NCBI GenBank assembly: GCA_964390495.1
Contig: CAYMIN010000011.1
Span: 29,701-93,700 of the forward strand
Source of the DNA: an uncultured Armatimonadia bacterium
Lineage (GTDB): Bacteria; Armatimonadota; Zipacnadia; Zipacnadales; UBA11051
Length of the DNA stretch: 64,000 bases
Direction of reading: 5' to 3'
Shown here: positions 43,907 through 53,592 of the stretch, piece after piece
Layout: each line of letters opens with the position of its first letter
Position numbering within the stretch: the stretch's first letter is position 1
Notes under the pieces: model-generated
What the model was told of the DNA's origin: nothing
What the model saw: the letters and a program-made list of their open reading frames with translations, nothing else
Database searches by the model: none
Program-made: the position numbers and the translations under genes

Positions 43907-45085
43907 TCACAGCAGCCCCCATCTCTTGCCCTGCGCTACCCGGCTGCAAAGATCCTCAAAGGCTGGATAAGTAGGATCCGATTGGGGCAGTATTGTCACC
44001 TCGTAGAGGGGGTCACTTCCCTGGGGTAATCTGCTGATGATTAGGAGGTCCCCGCCATCAGGTGCCATAAGGTCGATTGTCTGGTTATCCATCCGAAGAC
44101 GATACTCACCGCGTTGTTCGTAGTACCATATTCGGTAGTTGTGACGTTCCCGCTCGCTGGGCGTGTTGAGAACGACGTCAAAGAACTCGTCTGGATGCTG
44201 ACGGCCGCGCAGGAGGATTGCCGGAAAGAAGTTGGTTGCATCATGGGGGATCAATACCTCGGGAGTACCTGGAGTGCCAGTCCGGTGACTCGAGTCGAAG
44301 GGCGACAATACCATGATGAAAGTGTCCGCCGTCGCACTGACCTGAGGAGGAACAACAATGCTTGGCCGTGATGCAGGTGAGTGGCTCGACCCAGGAGCCG
44401 GCGCAGGGGCTACCGGAACTGCCAGGGCCGGGAAGATGGTCGCCAGGGGTGTCACAGAGTAATTGGGGGATTCGGCCCCTGGTGAATCCGTCTGCGCTTC
44501 ATACTCCTGCCAAGCAGCTTCAGTTCGCAGTATGCCAGCCTCGACTAACTGATGCAGAGTGCTTTCAGTTACCGGTTGGACGTTAGGGTGTGCCGTATTG
44601 AGTAGTTGTCTGATGAATTCGCGATAGCGCTGATGCACCAAGAAGTCTGCGTCGATCTCAAAGTCGAGGTGAACTGCTGTAGCCAATTCGATATTCCGAA
44701 AGAGCCCATCACGTGTCAAGTTCGCACTGCCAACAATGGCAATGGCCTGCGAATGACCAGATATGAGATAGAGCTTGGGGTGGTAGATAAGCGATGATAC
44801 TGTGTAAAACACGGTACTGTCGCCTGACACTTCGCGCAAAGCGCGAAGCGCTTCGATGGACGTAACGCCACCATCTACTCCGACCGCGCCTGACACAGTG
44901 CCACCTCGGTTCAGCAGTGTTCCTACGGACGCCGCAATGCGGCTCCACCCGGAGAGCCTCATGTAGGCGACACCAAATTCAAATTGCCGGGCCGCCTCAT
45001 CGGCAATGCTCCTGTTCAGCACGTCACCGACCCGCACAGCGGGTACGCCTCCTACGTGGGCTTGGGGAATCACCTCGATGCGCAC
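43907..45085 (-). CDS. Phospholipase D (HKD)-family restriction endonuclease, BfiI/NgoFVII-like
   Basis: FGVAYM..SG, single YHPKLY...VGSANLTRDGLFRNIELA motif, Pro/Ser linker, C-terminal beta-rich putative DNA-binding domain. Confidence 0.82.
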   Translation of the reverse strand: MRIEVIPQAHVGGVPAVRVGDVLNRSIADEAARQFEFGVAYMRLSGWSRIAASVGTLLNRGGTVSGAVGVDGGVTSIEALRALREVSGDSTVFYTVSSLIYHPKLYLISGHSQAIAIVGSANLTRDGLFRNIELATAVHLDFEIDADFLVHQRYREFIRQLLNTAHPNVQPVTESTLHQLVEAGILRTEAAWQEYEAQTDSPGAESPNYSVTPLATIFPALAVPVAPAPAPGSSHSPASRPSIVVPPQVSATADTFIMVLSPFDSSHRTGTPGTPEVLIPHDATNFFPAILLRGRQHPDEFFDVVLNTPSERERHNYRIWYYEQRGEYRLRMDNQTIDLMAPDGGDLLIISRLPQGSDPLYEVTILPQSDPTYPAFEDLCSRVAQGKRWGLL

Positions 45086-45088
45086 CGC

Positions 45089-46693
45089 TCACCGCCTTCT
45101 CAGAATGATGAGGGCTTCAGACCGTATCGAATTGGCGCTGTGCACGTCAAAGCGGCTATAGGTGTCCAATTCAACGGTCTCTTGCAGGTCGAATCCGTTG
45201 TGCTCTGCCAGCTCGCAAAGCAGGCAGGGCGTGTCAATGACGATTTCCCGCCCGCCTAGGGTGGTCTGGTTGCGCCCGACAAGCAACGCGAAGGGCGCCC
45301 CTTTCTTGAGGAGGCGACGCATCTGCTCGAACGTCTGTTGCATCTCTGCGAGATAGCGGTAGATCAGAGCGGGGCGGTTCTGACGGCGAAACCCGTCTAC
45401 GTCACCATCGATACAGCGCCGGAGCCGCCTGCACAACGCCAAGCATCCTCTTGGCAGGCCGAGCGCGTTGTGTGCGAGAGCACTCTCAAGTTGACAACGA
45501 TCACCATTGGTTATCTCGCGGGTACCGATAAGGGCTCTCTCCAAGCGTCGAAGTTCCTTGGCGTTTACCAGGCCGAGAAACGCAAGACTCAGACGTTGCG
45601 TGTCGATGTAGGGCAGCGCTGTTGCGTACGGAGGACTGGTCATAGCCGCATCGAATAGCCGATGCGGAGACTGCATAAGACTTCTTATGGCATCCTCACA
45701 CCGGCGAGAGTCAGCCAGAGCCACATACTGGTCGGCCTGCGGGCTCGGCAAATGCTGGCACGCCCTCTCGATGGAGGCGATTCTATCCCTGACGGCCTCA
45801 ATGAATAGAGGAATAACAGGCAAGTTCTCGGGGCTGGATTTGCGCCGACGTATCCGGAGATCCGCAGGCTCCTGAAGTGAGACTTGCCGAAGGATGTCGC
45901 TCAGAATGGTCAGGAATACTTGCCGCCCATCTTGCCGACCGATCTTTTCTACCGCACGCTTGATGGCCGCAAGCTGCGCTAAGACTGAAACAGTGAACCA
46001 GGCTGACAAGTACTCAAAGTTCGGCAGTGTTTGCTGCCAGTCATCTCCTGCGATCTTGGTGATGTCTTTCGCAGAAAGTGGTTTCTCGAGCGCCGTATCG
46101 CCCAGAACTGCGGCCAGTCTGTGGAATAGCGAATGCATTTCGGCTATCAGGCGGTCGATCGACATGTGCACTGCCGCAATCTTGGCAGCGGCGATCTGCA
46201 CAGCCAGCGGGTTGAGGTCAACCCCTACAGCATTCCAACCTATGTGACCCGCCTCGAGAAGTGTCGTGCCACTGCCACAAAAGGGATCCAGCACCCACGC
46301 ACCAGACCCTAGGCCGAGAATGTTTCCAATCGCGCGCACTACCTGGGGATTGAACTTACCACGATATTCGTGAAGCCCGTGAGCTGAATACCTGGTGTTC
46401 TGGCGAGTAAGTTTCGGCGGGATAGTTCTCGATGGCCAATCATCAGCCACACCCTTGGCTGTTGCCTCCAGAACAGCCTGAAGCGGCGTCACCTCTGTGC
46501 CATCTTCTGCTAGTGCTCGGTAAAAGTAGGTGGTTCGGCTGGCCGCCGTTTGCCAATCACCCTGGTATTCCAGCCACATACCTGCGCTACCTGGTTCAGC
46601 TTGGCGCCCAAACAAGGCAGCCAACTCGCGCTTAGCGAATAGATGTTCATATGGCAGATATCGATATCCTTGCCACGTGAATTCTAGCCGCAT
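45089..46693 (-). CDS. Amino-(probably N4-cytosine) DNA methyltransferase 2, with N-terminal extension
   Basis: HGLHEYRGKF.PQ, VLDPFCGSGTTL, TSPPY; start overlaps the upstream MTase stop. Confidence 0.9.
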   Translation of the reverse strand: MRLEFTWQGYRYLPYEHLFAKRELAALFGRQAEPGSAGMWLEYQGDWQTAASRTTYFYRALAEDGTEVTPLQAVLEATAKGVADDWPSRTIPPKLTRQNTRYSAHGLHEYRGKFNPQVVRAIGNILGLGSGAWVLDPFCGSGTTLLEAGHIGWNAVGVDLNPLAVQIAAAKIAAVHMSIDRLIAEMHSLFHRLAAVLGDTALEKPLSAKDITKIAGDDWQQTLPNFEYLSAWFTVSVLAQLAAIKRAVEKIGRQDGRQVFLTILSDILRQVSLQEPADLRIRRRKSSPENLPVIPLFIEAVRDRIASIERACQHLPSPQADQYVALADSRRCEDAIRSLMQSPHRLFDAAMTSPPYATALPYIDTQRLSLAFLGLVNAKELRRLERALIGTREITNGDRCQLESALAHNALGLPRGCLALCRRLRRCIDGDVDGFRRQNRPALIYRYLAEMQQTFEQMRRLLKKGAPFALLVGRNQTTLGGREIVIDTPCLLCELAEHNGFDLQETVELDTYSRFDVHSANSIRSEALIILRRR

Positions 46694-47835
46694 GTAGGAG
46701 TCTCCAAAGAGAACACTACGAGATGTTCACGATTTATCCGACTATTGACCGGGTTAAAGCTCTTGCGTCTCGCAGGGATTTGGCGTTCTATGGCATCCCA
46801 CAAGACAAACCCGTGCTGTGCCGACGCATCTATGAGCAGCTTGACGTTATCTATGAGACGCCCCCGGATAATCGAGCGGCCCACAATGAAGCAGGCCTTC
46901 GCCTGCGGCAGCATTACTTCGGCTAGGAGACCGAATACGGCTCCCATCTGTCGCTCGAAGTCATGTTCATCCTGACCATTGACCTTGTGATAGTGTGGCC
47001 GGGCGCCAATTTCGCGTTCCCGCACGGCTATTGGATCCATGCCCAGCCAATACATTCGGTACTTGTGGTATAGCCAGTATTCGTAGGCATTCGGGTATGG
47101 TGGCGACGTGATCACGAGGCCCGCTCTCACTCCGAGTTCGTCAGGAGTAACACTCAGAATGTCACGGTTCACGATTCTTGCTTTACCGGGGGTGACTGGC
47201 AAGCCCCCAATGAATTCGCACAGAGCGCCATCCAGTGCGAGTGCAGCCCTGGAGAACAGCCTGAATACATCATCTGCCGAAACGTTCTTTTCCATGGCTG
47301 CATAGCGCGTGTCACTTTCCTGATTAGAAACGCGCACGATTATGCTGGACAGGGCGACCTGCAAAGCTTCCCTCTGCGATACGTCTTGCACTCCGCTAAT
47401 CTGATGGGTCAACGCCGCCAGCGCCTCTTGGACATGCGGCTGGAACCAGTGATCCAGTCTAGGGATTGATGGGACGCATACCGTCCCAGAAGACACCTGT
47501 TTCCGTGCCTCACCGGCTATGTCCGTAACCATCCGTCCTAGCGATGCCGACAGTTGTGACGTCTTGACCCTTGCAATCAAGCAGGCAAGGGGGTGTATGT
47601 CTATGCCACACGCATCAAATCCCAGTGCGATTGCCTCAACAAGGGTCGTGCCGGAGCCACAAAAGGGATCTAGCACGACACTGCCGTCCGCAGGCGGGAA
47701 TCGATGAAGTACCTGCCGCGGAATGTCAGCAATGAACTTGGCTGGATAGGGGTGAATACCGTGAACACCGCTACTAGGTGGGGCATCTGCAAAGTCCCAA
47801 TCCAGCGCATCCAGTCTTTGAGTCCGAGAAGCCAT
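46684..47835 (-). CDS. Amino-(probably N4-cytosine) DNA methyltransferase 1
   Basis: HGIHPYPAKFI, VLDPFCGSGTTL, ITSPPY. Start at MASRTQ (47835); alternative start at 47853. Confidence 0.9.
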   Translation of the reverse strand: MASRTQRLDALDWDFADAPPSSGVHGIHPYPAKFIADIPRQVLHRFPPADGSVVLDPFCGSGTTLVEAIALGFDACGIDIHPLACLIARVKTSQLSASLGRMVTDIAGEARKQVSSGTVCVPSIPRLDHWFQPHVQEALAALTHQISGVQDVSQREALQVALSSIIVRVSNQESDTRYAAMEKNVSADDVFRLFSRAALALDGALCEFIGGLPVTPGKARIVNRDILSVTPDELGVRAGLVITSPPYPNAYEYWLYHKYRMYWLGMDPIAVREREIGARPHYHKVNGQDEHDFERQMGAVFGLLAEVMLPQAKACFIVGRSIIRGRLIDNVKLLIDASAQHGFVLWDAIERQIPARRKSFNPVNSRINREHLVVFSLETPTCG

Positions 47836-47928
47836 ACCTGTGTCGTCCCGCATTTCTTTGCCAAAGGTTCGCGTGGCGGTCTGCTGCCTAACTGATATTC
47901 ATCACGGCCCTGGGCTGCTACAAGTATC

Positions 47929-47957
47929 AAGGTACCCCGTAGGGCGCGTGTTGTCAA
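47929..47957 (-). promoter_or_regulatory. sigma70 promoter carried inside the R-M cassette
   Basis: Minus strand TTGACA-N17-TACCTT upstream of MTase 1. Confidence 0.65.
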
Positions 47958-47986
47958 GCCGCGATCCCCATCGTGGTAATGGCCCG

Positions 47987-48622
47987 TCATACGCCCGGAA
48001 GGGTCTGCAGGAAGGGGTTGGAGGCCTGCTCGCGGCGCATGGTTGTGGCCGCACCGTGGCCGGGATACAGCCGCGTGTCATCAGCCAGGGATGAGACGAG
48101 ACGCGTCAAGGAAGCGACCATTTCCTGCTCATCGCCACCCGGCAAGTCCGTGCGGCCGATGCTGCCGGCAAACAGCGTATCACCGCAGAATGCCGCATCA
48201 GCCGTTACGAAGCATACCCCACCGGGCGAATGGCCCGGTGTGTGCATCACGGTGATGTCCAGCCCGGCCAAATGCAGTTGATCGCCCTCGCCAAGTTCCA
48301 CATCAACGCGGCAACCCTCGGCACCACCCACCAGGGAAGCCCAGTAGGGGTCAGGCTTATTGATGATCTCGGCGTCGGCAGCATGGGCATAGACCTTAGC
48401 TGCAGTGGCGCGCTGGATTGCGGCGGCGGCGGCGATATGGTCCACATGGCCGTGGGTAAGCAGTAAGGCCTGGACGGACTTACCGATCCTGGCGGCTTGC
48501 TGCAGGAGAGCTTGCGGCTCGCCGCCGGGGTCTATCATCAGGATGCAGTCGGCCTCATCGGCGCCTACCAGATAGCAGTTCGTCGCCAGGGCGCCGACCG
48601 TTGCGGTCTCAATCCTTAACAT
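47987..48622 (-). CDS. MBL-fold hydrolase (glyoxalase II/YcbL-like)
   Basis: TNCYL, IDPG, LLTHGHVDHI, HTPGHSPG, FCGDTLF..SIGRTDLPGG, PGHG, EQASNPFL. Confidence 0.92.
   Translation of the reverse strand: MLRIETATVGALATNCYLVGADEADCILMIDPGGEPQALLQQAARIGKSVQALLLTHGHVDHIAAAAAIQRATAAKVYAHAADAEIINKPDPYWASLVGGAEGCRVDVELGEGDQLHLAGLDITVMHTPGHSPGGVCFVTADAAFCGDTLFAGSIGRTDLPGGDEQEMVASLTRLVSSLADDTRLYPGHGAATTMRREQASNPFLQTLPGV
47997..48036 (+). repeat. 40-bp direct repeat, right boundary (within the MBL gene 3' end)
   Basis: Identical to 43848-43887; encodes REQASNPFLQTLP on the minus strand. Confidence 0.93.
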
Positions 48623-48758
48623 AATCTAGCGCACGCCATTGGCAGGATTCTCACCAGATTGGCTTGACAGGTTACTGAAGTTTTTGCCGGAGGGGTGCGG
48701 GGAACCGGCTTTTCCCAAAAAGCGGCTTTCCCGCAGGGCTGTTGCTCCACTGCCGTGC

Positions 48759-49613
48759 TTACCCTTCACTTTCGTATATTTCCTGGTCCCAACCGACGCG
48801 AGCCATCTGCGAGGGCAAGGCGGCACGCAGATGCCAGCGCCGTGCCCAGTCGCGGTCATACTCGTCCAGGGGCCCGGCCTGGCGATAGGCCGCCAGAGCC
48901 GCGGCCGGGTTGTCGGTCAGCAGCAGCAATTCACCCATCAGATAGAGATAGACCGCGTTCTCAGGGTTGATCTTGTAGGCGCGTCGCAGTTGCTGGAGGG
49001 CCTTGGCGAAGCACTGCTGGCGCACGTAGATGATGCTGAGCCGGACATTGTAGAAATCTTCGGCCGGCGCGCAGGCGATGGCGACTTCGTATTCGGCGGC
49101 GGCGGCGTCCCACTGACGGCGGCGGGCGTAGAGGTCGGCCAGCTTATGGTGGTAGAAGCCGTCTTGGGGTGCTAGCTCAATGGCGCGCTCGAACTGACGC
49201 CGGGCCCGGTGAAAATCGCCGCGCGCCAGATACAGCTCGCCCAGGCGGCAGTGGTAGTAGTGCCTGGTCGGGTCGCACTTGACGGCTTTCTCCAGAGCGT
49301 GGATGGCGGCGGCAAAGCGGCTGATATGGATCCAGAACTCGGCCAGGCAGAAGTGGGCCTCGGCGTGCCGCGGATGGATGCTGAGGGCCTTCTTATATGC
49401 GCGGTAGGCCTGCTGGGGCATATTCGCTGCGAAGTAGGCGTCCCCCAGCGCCACCGAAGTGTCGGGGTCCTGACTATCGAGTTTGCCGGATTGCTGGTAC
49501 TCGCCGATGGCCTCCTCGATGAAGCCCTGTTCGGCCAGCAGGTCGCCGTGGAGGCGGTGATCGGCGGCCTGGCGCCGGCGTGTGCTCTGGCTCTGCGATT
49601 CCGAATGCGCCAT
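48759..49613 (-). CDS. Tetratricopeptide repeat protein
   Basis: Multiple TPR-like repeats (ALGDAYF, AHFCLAE, YHCRLGELY, YHHKLADLY, YLYLMGELL). Confidence 0.88.
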   Translation of the reverse strand: MAHSESQSQSTRRRQAADHRLHGDLLAEQGFIEEAIGEYQQSGKLDSQDPDTSVALGDAYFAANMPQQAYRAYKKALSIHPRHAEAHFCLAEFWIHISRFAAAIHALEKAVKCDPTRHYYHCRLGELYLARGDFHRARRQFERAIELAPQDGFYHHKLADLYARRRQWDAAAAEYEVAIACAPAEDFYNVRLSIIYVRQQCFAKALQQLRRAYKINPENAVYLYLMGELLLLTDNPAAALAAYRQAGPLDEYDRDWARRWHLRAALPSQMARVGWDQEIYESEG

Positions 49614-49618
49614 TTACC

Positions 49619-50077
49619 TCAACTGCCTGGGTCAGGACTGTCAATGATTAGAGTGACGGGGCCGTCATTCTGCAGGTTGACCTGCATGTAGGCTCCAAAC
49701 TCCCCCTTCTCAACCGGCACCCCGAATCCCTGCATCAGGGCGCAGAAGTCGTCGAAAAGTCGGCTTGCCACATCCGGCTGGGCAGCCCCGGAGAAGCCCG
49801 GCCGCCGGCCCTTGCTGCAGTCGGCGTAGAGGGTGAAGTTGGGCACCAAAAGCAGCGCGCCGTCAGTCTCCGCCACCGCCAGATTCATCTTGCCCTCGGC
49901 GTCCTCGAATACGCGCAGGCCGGCGAGCTTGCGGGCCATCCACTGCAACTGCTGCGGCCCGTCGCCGTCCGTGAAACCGACCAGCACCAGCAGCCCCGGG
50001 CCGATCTGGGCGACAGTCGCCCCCGCGATGGCGACCTCGGCGCTGCGCACTCTCTGGATGACTACCCGCACACCCAT
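49619..50077 (-). CDS. dtd: D-aminoacyl-tRNA deacylase
   Basis: RVVIQRV, NFTLYAD..KGRRPGF, FGAYMQV.L.NDGPVT. Confidence 0.95.
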   Translation of the reverse strand: MGVRVVIQRVRSAEVAIAGATVAQIGPGLLVLVGFTDGDGPQQLQWMARKLAGLRVFEDAEGKMNLAVAETDGALLLVPNFTLYADCSKGRRPGFSGAAQPDVASRLFDDFCALMQGFGVPVEKGEFGAYMQVNLQNDGPVTLIIDSPDPGS

Positions 50078-50247
50078 ACCTCCTCAGCTAGGGCGCTGTG
50101 CAGGACGGCCTTGCTGTGTCCTCGGGAGGCCTTAAGAACGGTCTCTCTGTGCCAGATAGTACCACAATCTAGGCCCAATCTCCAATAGCTGAAGCTCAGG
50201 TGAAGGGGGGGGAACGCCAGCGCCGAGGCTCCGGAAAGACCGCCCGC

Positions 50248-51681
50248 TTAGAGCGCGCCGGTGCGGTGACGGCGGAGAATGTCCCAGTAGGCTCCCCGCG
50301 CGCCGGCAGCGATCGCGTCCACTAGGGCCTGGTTGTCATCGTAATCATAGTCGCGCTCGTCGCCGCTGCCGCCGAAAAAGAAGCGGGCGTCACCGGCAAT
50401 GACCTCGGATAGGAAGCTGGCTGCCTCCTGCGGATCGCCCAGGTCCGCGGAGAGATAGAAGACCGGAGCCAGCATCTCCGGGTTGTCCGTGGCCTGTCCG
50501 CAGATGGCCGGGTTCTCGCTCATCGGTCTCTGGGCCGTGATGGTATGTGCGAGCCTGGTGCCCGCGTAGATGCGGACGCCCAGCGAGATGCCGGCACAGG
50601 AGGGGTCGGCAGCCTTCACGAACTCGATGCTCTGGCGGGCGGTCTCGCGCGTTTCTCCGGGAGCGCCGATGAGCAAATCGAGCATCACCGCGAGGCCGTG
50701 CTGATGGCACAGACGCACCGTCTGCAGGGTCTCAGCGCTGGAAAAGTCGCGCCCGAGACGGGCCAGCATCCGGTCATTGCCGCTGTCGGCCCCGAAGTTT
50801 ATCCCCGCACAACCGGCGCGCTGCATCAGATCGGCCAGCTCGGCTGAGAAGGGGTGGGGCGTCAGATAGGCGTACCAGGAGATCTGGTCGCCTAGGCCGC
50901 GCCGAACTAGCTCATCACAGACTGCCACAGCATGCTCGTGGGGCAGGTTGAATTCACTATCGCAGAGGTGATAGACATCCAGGCCCCGGCGCAATAGGTT
51001 CTCGACCTCGTCAGCGATGGCGGCAGGTGAGCGTAGTCGCCGGCGCCGGCCCTTGCTCAAGGGATCGGCGCAGTAGATGCAATTGCGGTCACAACCTCGC
51101 TTGGTCTCCAGGCCGAGCTGCCCGCCGCGCTCGAGATACCGCCGGTTGTCAATCTTGTCTCTGCGCAGAGCCGGCTGACTGAATATCTCCGGCCACTCCG
51201 GAGGATTGCTGCGGATGGCCTCGGCCTCGCGCCACAGCAGCCCAGGCACCTCCTGGAGATGCAACTCGCCCCGCAGCGCCCGCAGTAGTAGCGGGACCGC
51301 TTGCTCGCCATCACCCAGGACCCCATATTCCACACCGAGCGCTTGCATAATCGCCGCCGGAGCCACCGAGAAGCCGGCGCCGCCTACCACGATCGGCGCT
51401 GCAGTGGCCGTTCGAGCTGCAGCGACGAGGTCGGCCAGCTCCGGCAGAAATGAGTGTGAGCTCAGCAGCATGCAGTTGTCGGAATTGCGGAAGGTGATGG
51501 CGACCAGTTCGGGGTCCGCGTCCGCCAGGCGGCGCGCCAGGGCAGCCGCCGGGTCGGTCTCGAAGCAGAGGTCCACGATCTCGGCCTCTAAGCCCTGGTC
51601 GCGGGCGGCCTCGGCGAGGTACTCAAGCCCTAGCGGCGCAATCGGCGGCTTGCTCAGATTCGAGTTGACTAGCGTTAGCAC
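50248..51681 (-). CDS. B12-binding radical SAM protein
   Basis: N-terminal cobalamin-binding region (PLGLEYL, IVVGGAGFS), CDRNCIYC, DSEFN. GGAGG RBS precedes GTG 51681. Confidence 0.88.
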   Translation of the reverse strand: MLTLVNSNLSKPPIAPLGLEYLAEAARDQGLEAEIVDLCFETDPAAALARRLADADPELVAITFRNSDNCMLLSSHSFLPELADLVAAARTATAAPIVVGGAGFSVAPAAIMQALGVEYGVLGDGEQAVPLLLRALRGELHLQEVPGLLWREAEAIRSNPPEWPEIFSQPALRRDKIDNRRYLERGGQLGLETKRGCDRNCIYCADPLSKGRRRRLRSPAAIADEVENLLRRGLDVYHLCDSEFNLPHEHAVAVCDELVRRGLGDQISWYAYLTPHPFSAELADLMQRAGCAGINFGADSGNDRMLARLGRDFSSAETLQTVRLCHQHGLAVMLDLLIGAPGETRETARQSIEFVKAADPSCAGISLGVRIYAGTRLAHTITAQRPMSENPAICGQATDNPEMLAPVFYLSADLGDPQEAASFLSEVIAGDARFFFGGSGDERDYDYDDNQALVDAIAAGARGAYWDILRRHRTGAL

Positions 51682-51756
51682 TTGGTCCTCCGGGCTCTTG
51701 TAGTATCGCCGGCATTTTGGGTAGTGCAAGGTGACACACTGTGCTCCGGCGACGAC

Positions 51757-51779
51757 CTCGGGCAGCAGGCCCGAGCTAC
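51757..51779. repeat. GTAG-family REP-like palindrome
   Basis: CTCGGGC-AGCAG-GCCCGAG-CTAC. Confidence 0.72.
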
Positions 51780-51798
51780 GTCTTGTGAGTTCTTCGAG

Positions 51799-52455
51799 CT
51801 AGAGACGGCCTGCGGAGAGCATCAGCGTGCGCTGGGCGTAGCTCTCGGCCAGGGGATCGTGGGTGACCACTACGACAGTGCCGCCCTGGCGGTGGAAATC
51901 GGCCAGATACTCGAAGAGCTGGATCGAGTTGTCCGGATCCAGGTTGCCCGTAGGCTCGTCGGCCAGAAGCAAGCGGGGATGATTGATGAGAGCTCTGGCC
52001 ACGGCGGTGCGTTGCCTCTCGCCGGTGCTGAGTTCGGCCGGCTTGTGGTCCAGACGCTCGGCCATCCCGAAGCGCTCCAGCAGCTCGTGGGCCTTGTGGC
52101 TGCGCAGACGGCCCGGCAGCAAGACCGTCGGGAGAGCGACATTCTCCAGGACGCTGAGATAGGGCACCAGATGAAACATCTGAAACACGAAGCCGATGTT
52201 CGCGGCGCGGAAGCGGGCACGCTGGCGGCCCGAGATGCCATAGATGTCGGTGCCGCTGACGAGGGCCCGGCCCGCCGTCGGATGGATCATGCCGGCGATG
52301 GTGAGCAGTAAGGTGGACTTGCCACTGCCGCTGGGGCCTCTGATGGCCACGAATTCGCCCTCGCGGACGGCTAGGTTGACAGCGTCGAGAGCGATGACTT
52401 CCCCCCTGCGGCCGCGGTATCGCTTGGTGATATTGTCCAGGCGGATCACTGTCAT
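51799..52455 (-). CDS. ABC ATPase, LolD/MacB type
   Basis: GPSGSGKST, IGFVFQMFHL, LSTGERQR, LLLADEPTGNLD, VVTHD. Confidence 0.93.
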   Translation of the reverse strand: MTVIRLDNITKRYRGRRGEVIALDAVNLAVREGEFVAIRGPSGSGKSTLLLTIAGMIHPTAGRALVSGTDIYGISGRQRARFRAANIGFVFQMFHLVPYLSVLENVALPTVLLPGRLRSHKAHELLERFGMAERLDHKPAELSTGERQRTAVARALINHPRLLLADEPTGNLDPDNSIQLFEYLADFHRQGGTVVVVTHDPLAESYAQRTLMLSAGRL

Positions 52456-53591
52456 TCCTCTCTGAGCACCACGGCCGGGTCCTGACTGATCGCGATGACG
52501 GTCGGCAACAGGCCGGCCAAGGCCGCGATCAGAGGAGCGACCAGGAGCGTCGGGATCAACAGGTCATACGACGGGCGGACCTCGGCGAAAGTGAGCTTGA
52601 ACATGCCGGCACCGTAGTGCATGGCCACGGCTGTACCCACAAAGAAACCGAGAAGCGCCCCGAGCAGCCCCATCAGCAGCGCCCTTCCCAGGAACAGAGC
52701 GGCGATGTGGCTCGAGCCGAAGCCCAAGGCACGCAGGATGCCGATCTCCTGGCGCCTCTCACGCACATTCAGCAGCGCCAGGAAAGCGATCCAGGCGGCC
52801 GCGACCACCAGGACCGTCGCGACGATGAACTCAACATGTTGCTCGACCATCGCTCGCGTCTGGGAACGGGCGGCGGCGATATTACGCAGCTCGGTGACGT
52901 GGGTGCCGGGCAGAACCTTGGTGATCTCTTGCTTGAGAGCCGGCAAGGCGTCGCCCACGCAGAGACAGTGGAGGGCCTCAATGGCGTTGATCCGCCCCTC
53001 CATGCCGAGCAGCTCCTGAACCTCGTGAAGGTGTGCGTAGATGCGGATGTCCTGCTTGGAGCCGTCCTCGAGCAGGCGTCGCGCGACAGTCAGCTCCTTG
53101 CCGAGGACCGTGATGGTTCCCCCAGGCTCCAGACCTAGAGATTCAGCTATTGCATGCCCGACGTAGCATTCGCCGGGAGCGATGCTGAAGCCCATCGGGG
53201 TTTTCTTGGCGGCATCTATGGCGGAGCGCTCCGGCAATATCCCGGTCAGCAGGATTTCGTGGCCTTGGTGGAGGACCTTCTTCTGAAGTGTGGCCACATA
53301 GTGGTCCGCAGACATGCCGGGGGTTTGGGCCAGCCGTCGGACATAGTCCTCGGGCATGTCGCTGTCGGCGAAATCGGCCGCCCAGAAATCGGCCATGTCG
53401 CTGCCCTCGGGGATGATGAGGAGATTGAAGCCGAGGTTGCGCATCAGGCGTTTGGTCTCGGTGTACGAAGCGCGCCCCATCGTCTCCAGGCCCACGTAGA
53501 GGGCGACTGCGGCGACCACAGCTAGCAAGCCGAGGAGAAAGCCGGGAAAGCGGTGAGTAATCTCTCTGAGCAGCATCCGTAATGACCACAT
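52452..53591 (-). CDS. FtsX/MacB-like ABC permease
   Basis: One N-terminal TM, a periplasmic domain, and NVRERRQEIGILRALG followed by three TMs. Confidence 0.88.
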   Translation of the reverse strand: MWSLRMLLREITHRFPGFLLGLLAVVAAVALYVGLETMGRASYTETKRLMRNLGFNLLIIPEGSDMADFWAADFADSDMPEDYVRRLAQTPGMSADHYVATLQKKVLHQGHEILLTGILPERSAIDAAKKTPMGFSIAPGECYVGHAIAESLGLEPGGTITVLGKELTVARRLLEDGSKQDIRIYAHLHEVQELLGMEGRINAIEALHCLCVGDALPALKQEITKVLPGTHVTELRNIAAARSQTRAMVEQHVEFIVATVLVVAAAWIAFLALLNVRERRQEIGILRALGFGSSHIAALFLGRALLMGLLGALLGFFVGTAVAMHYGAGMFKLTFAEVRPSYDLLIPTLLVAPLIAALAGLLPTVIAISQDPAVVLREE

Positions 53592-53592
53592 T

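Larger units (their letters stand above)
43848..48036. mobile_element. Direct-repeat-bounded restriction-modification islet without integrase
   Basis: Three co-oriented R-M genes (4109 bp between repeats), own promoter, perfect 40-bp direct repeats; looks AT-richer than its flanks (by eye). Confidence 0.8.

Noticed and set aside
48685-48735. GCGGGGAACCGGCTTTT...AAAAAGCGGCTTTCCCGC hairpin between the TPR and MBL genes
   Set aside because: It is a single imperfect palindrome, explicable as a terminator or repeat remnant; no second copy was found in the window.
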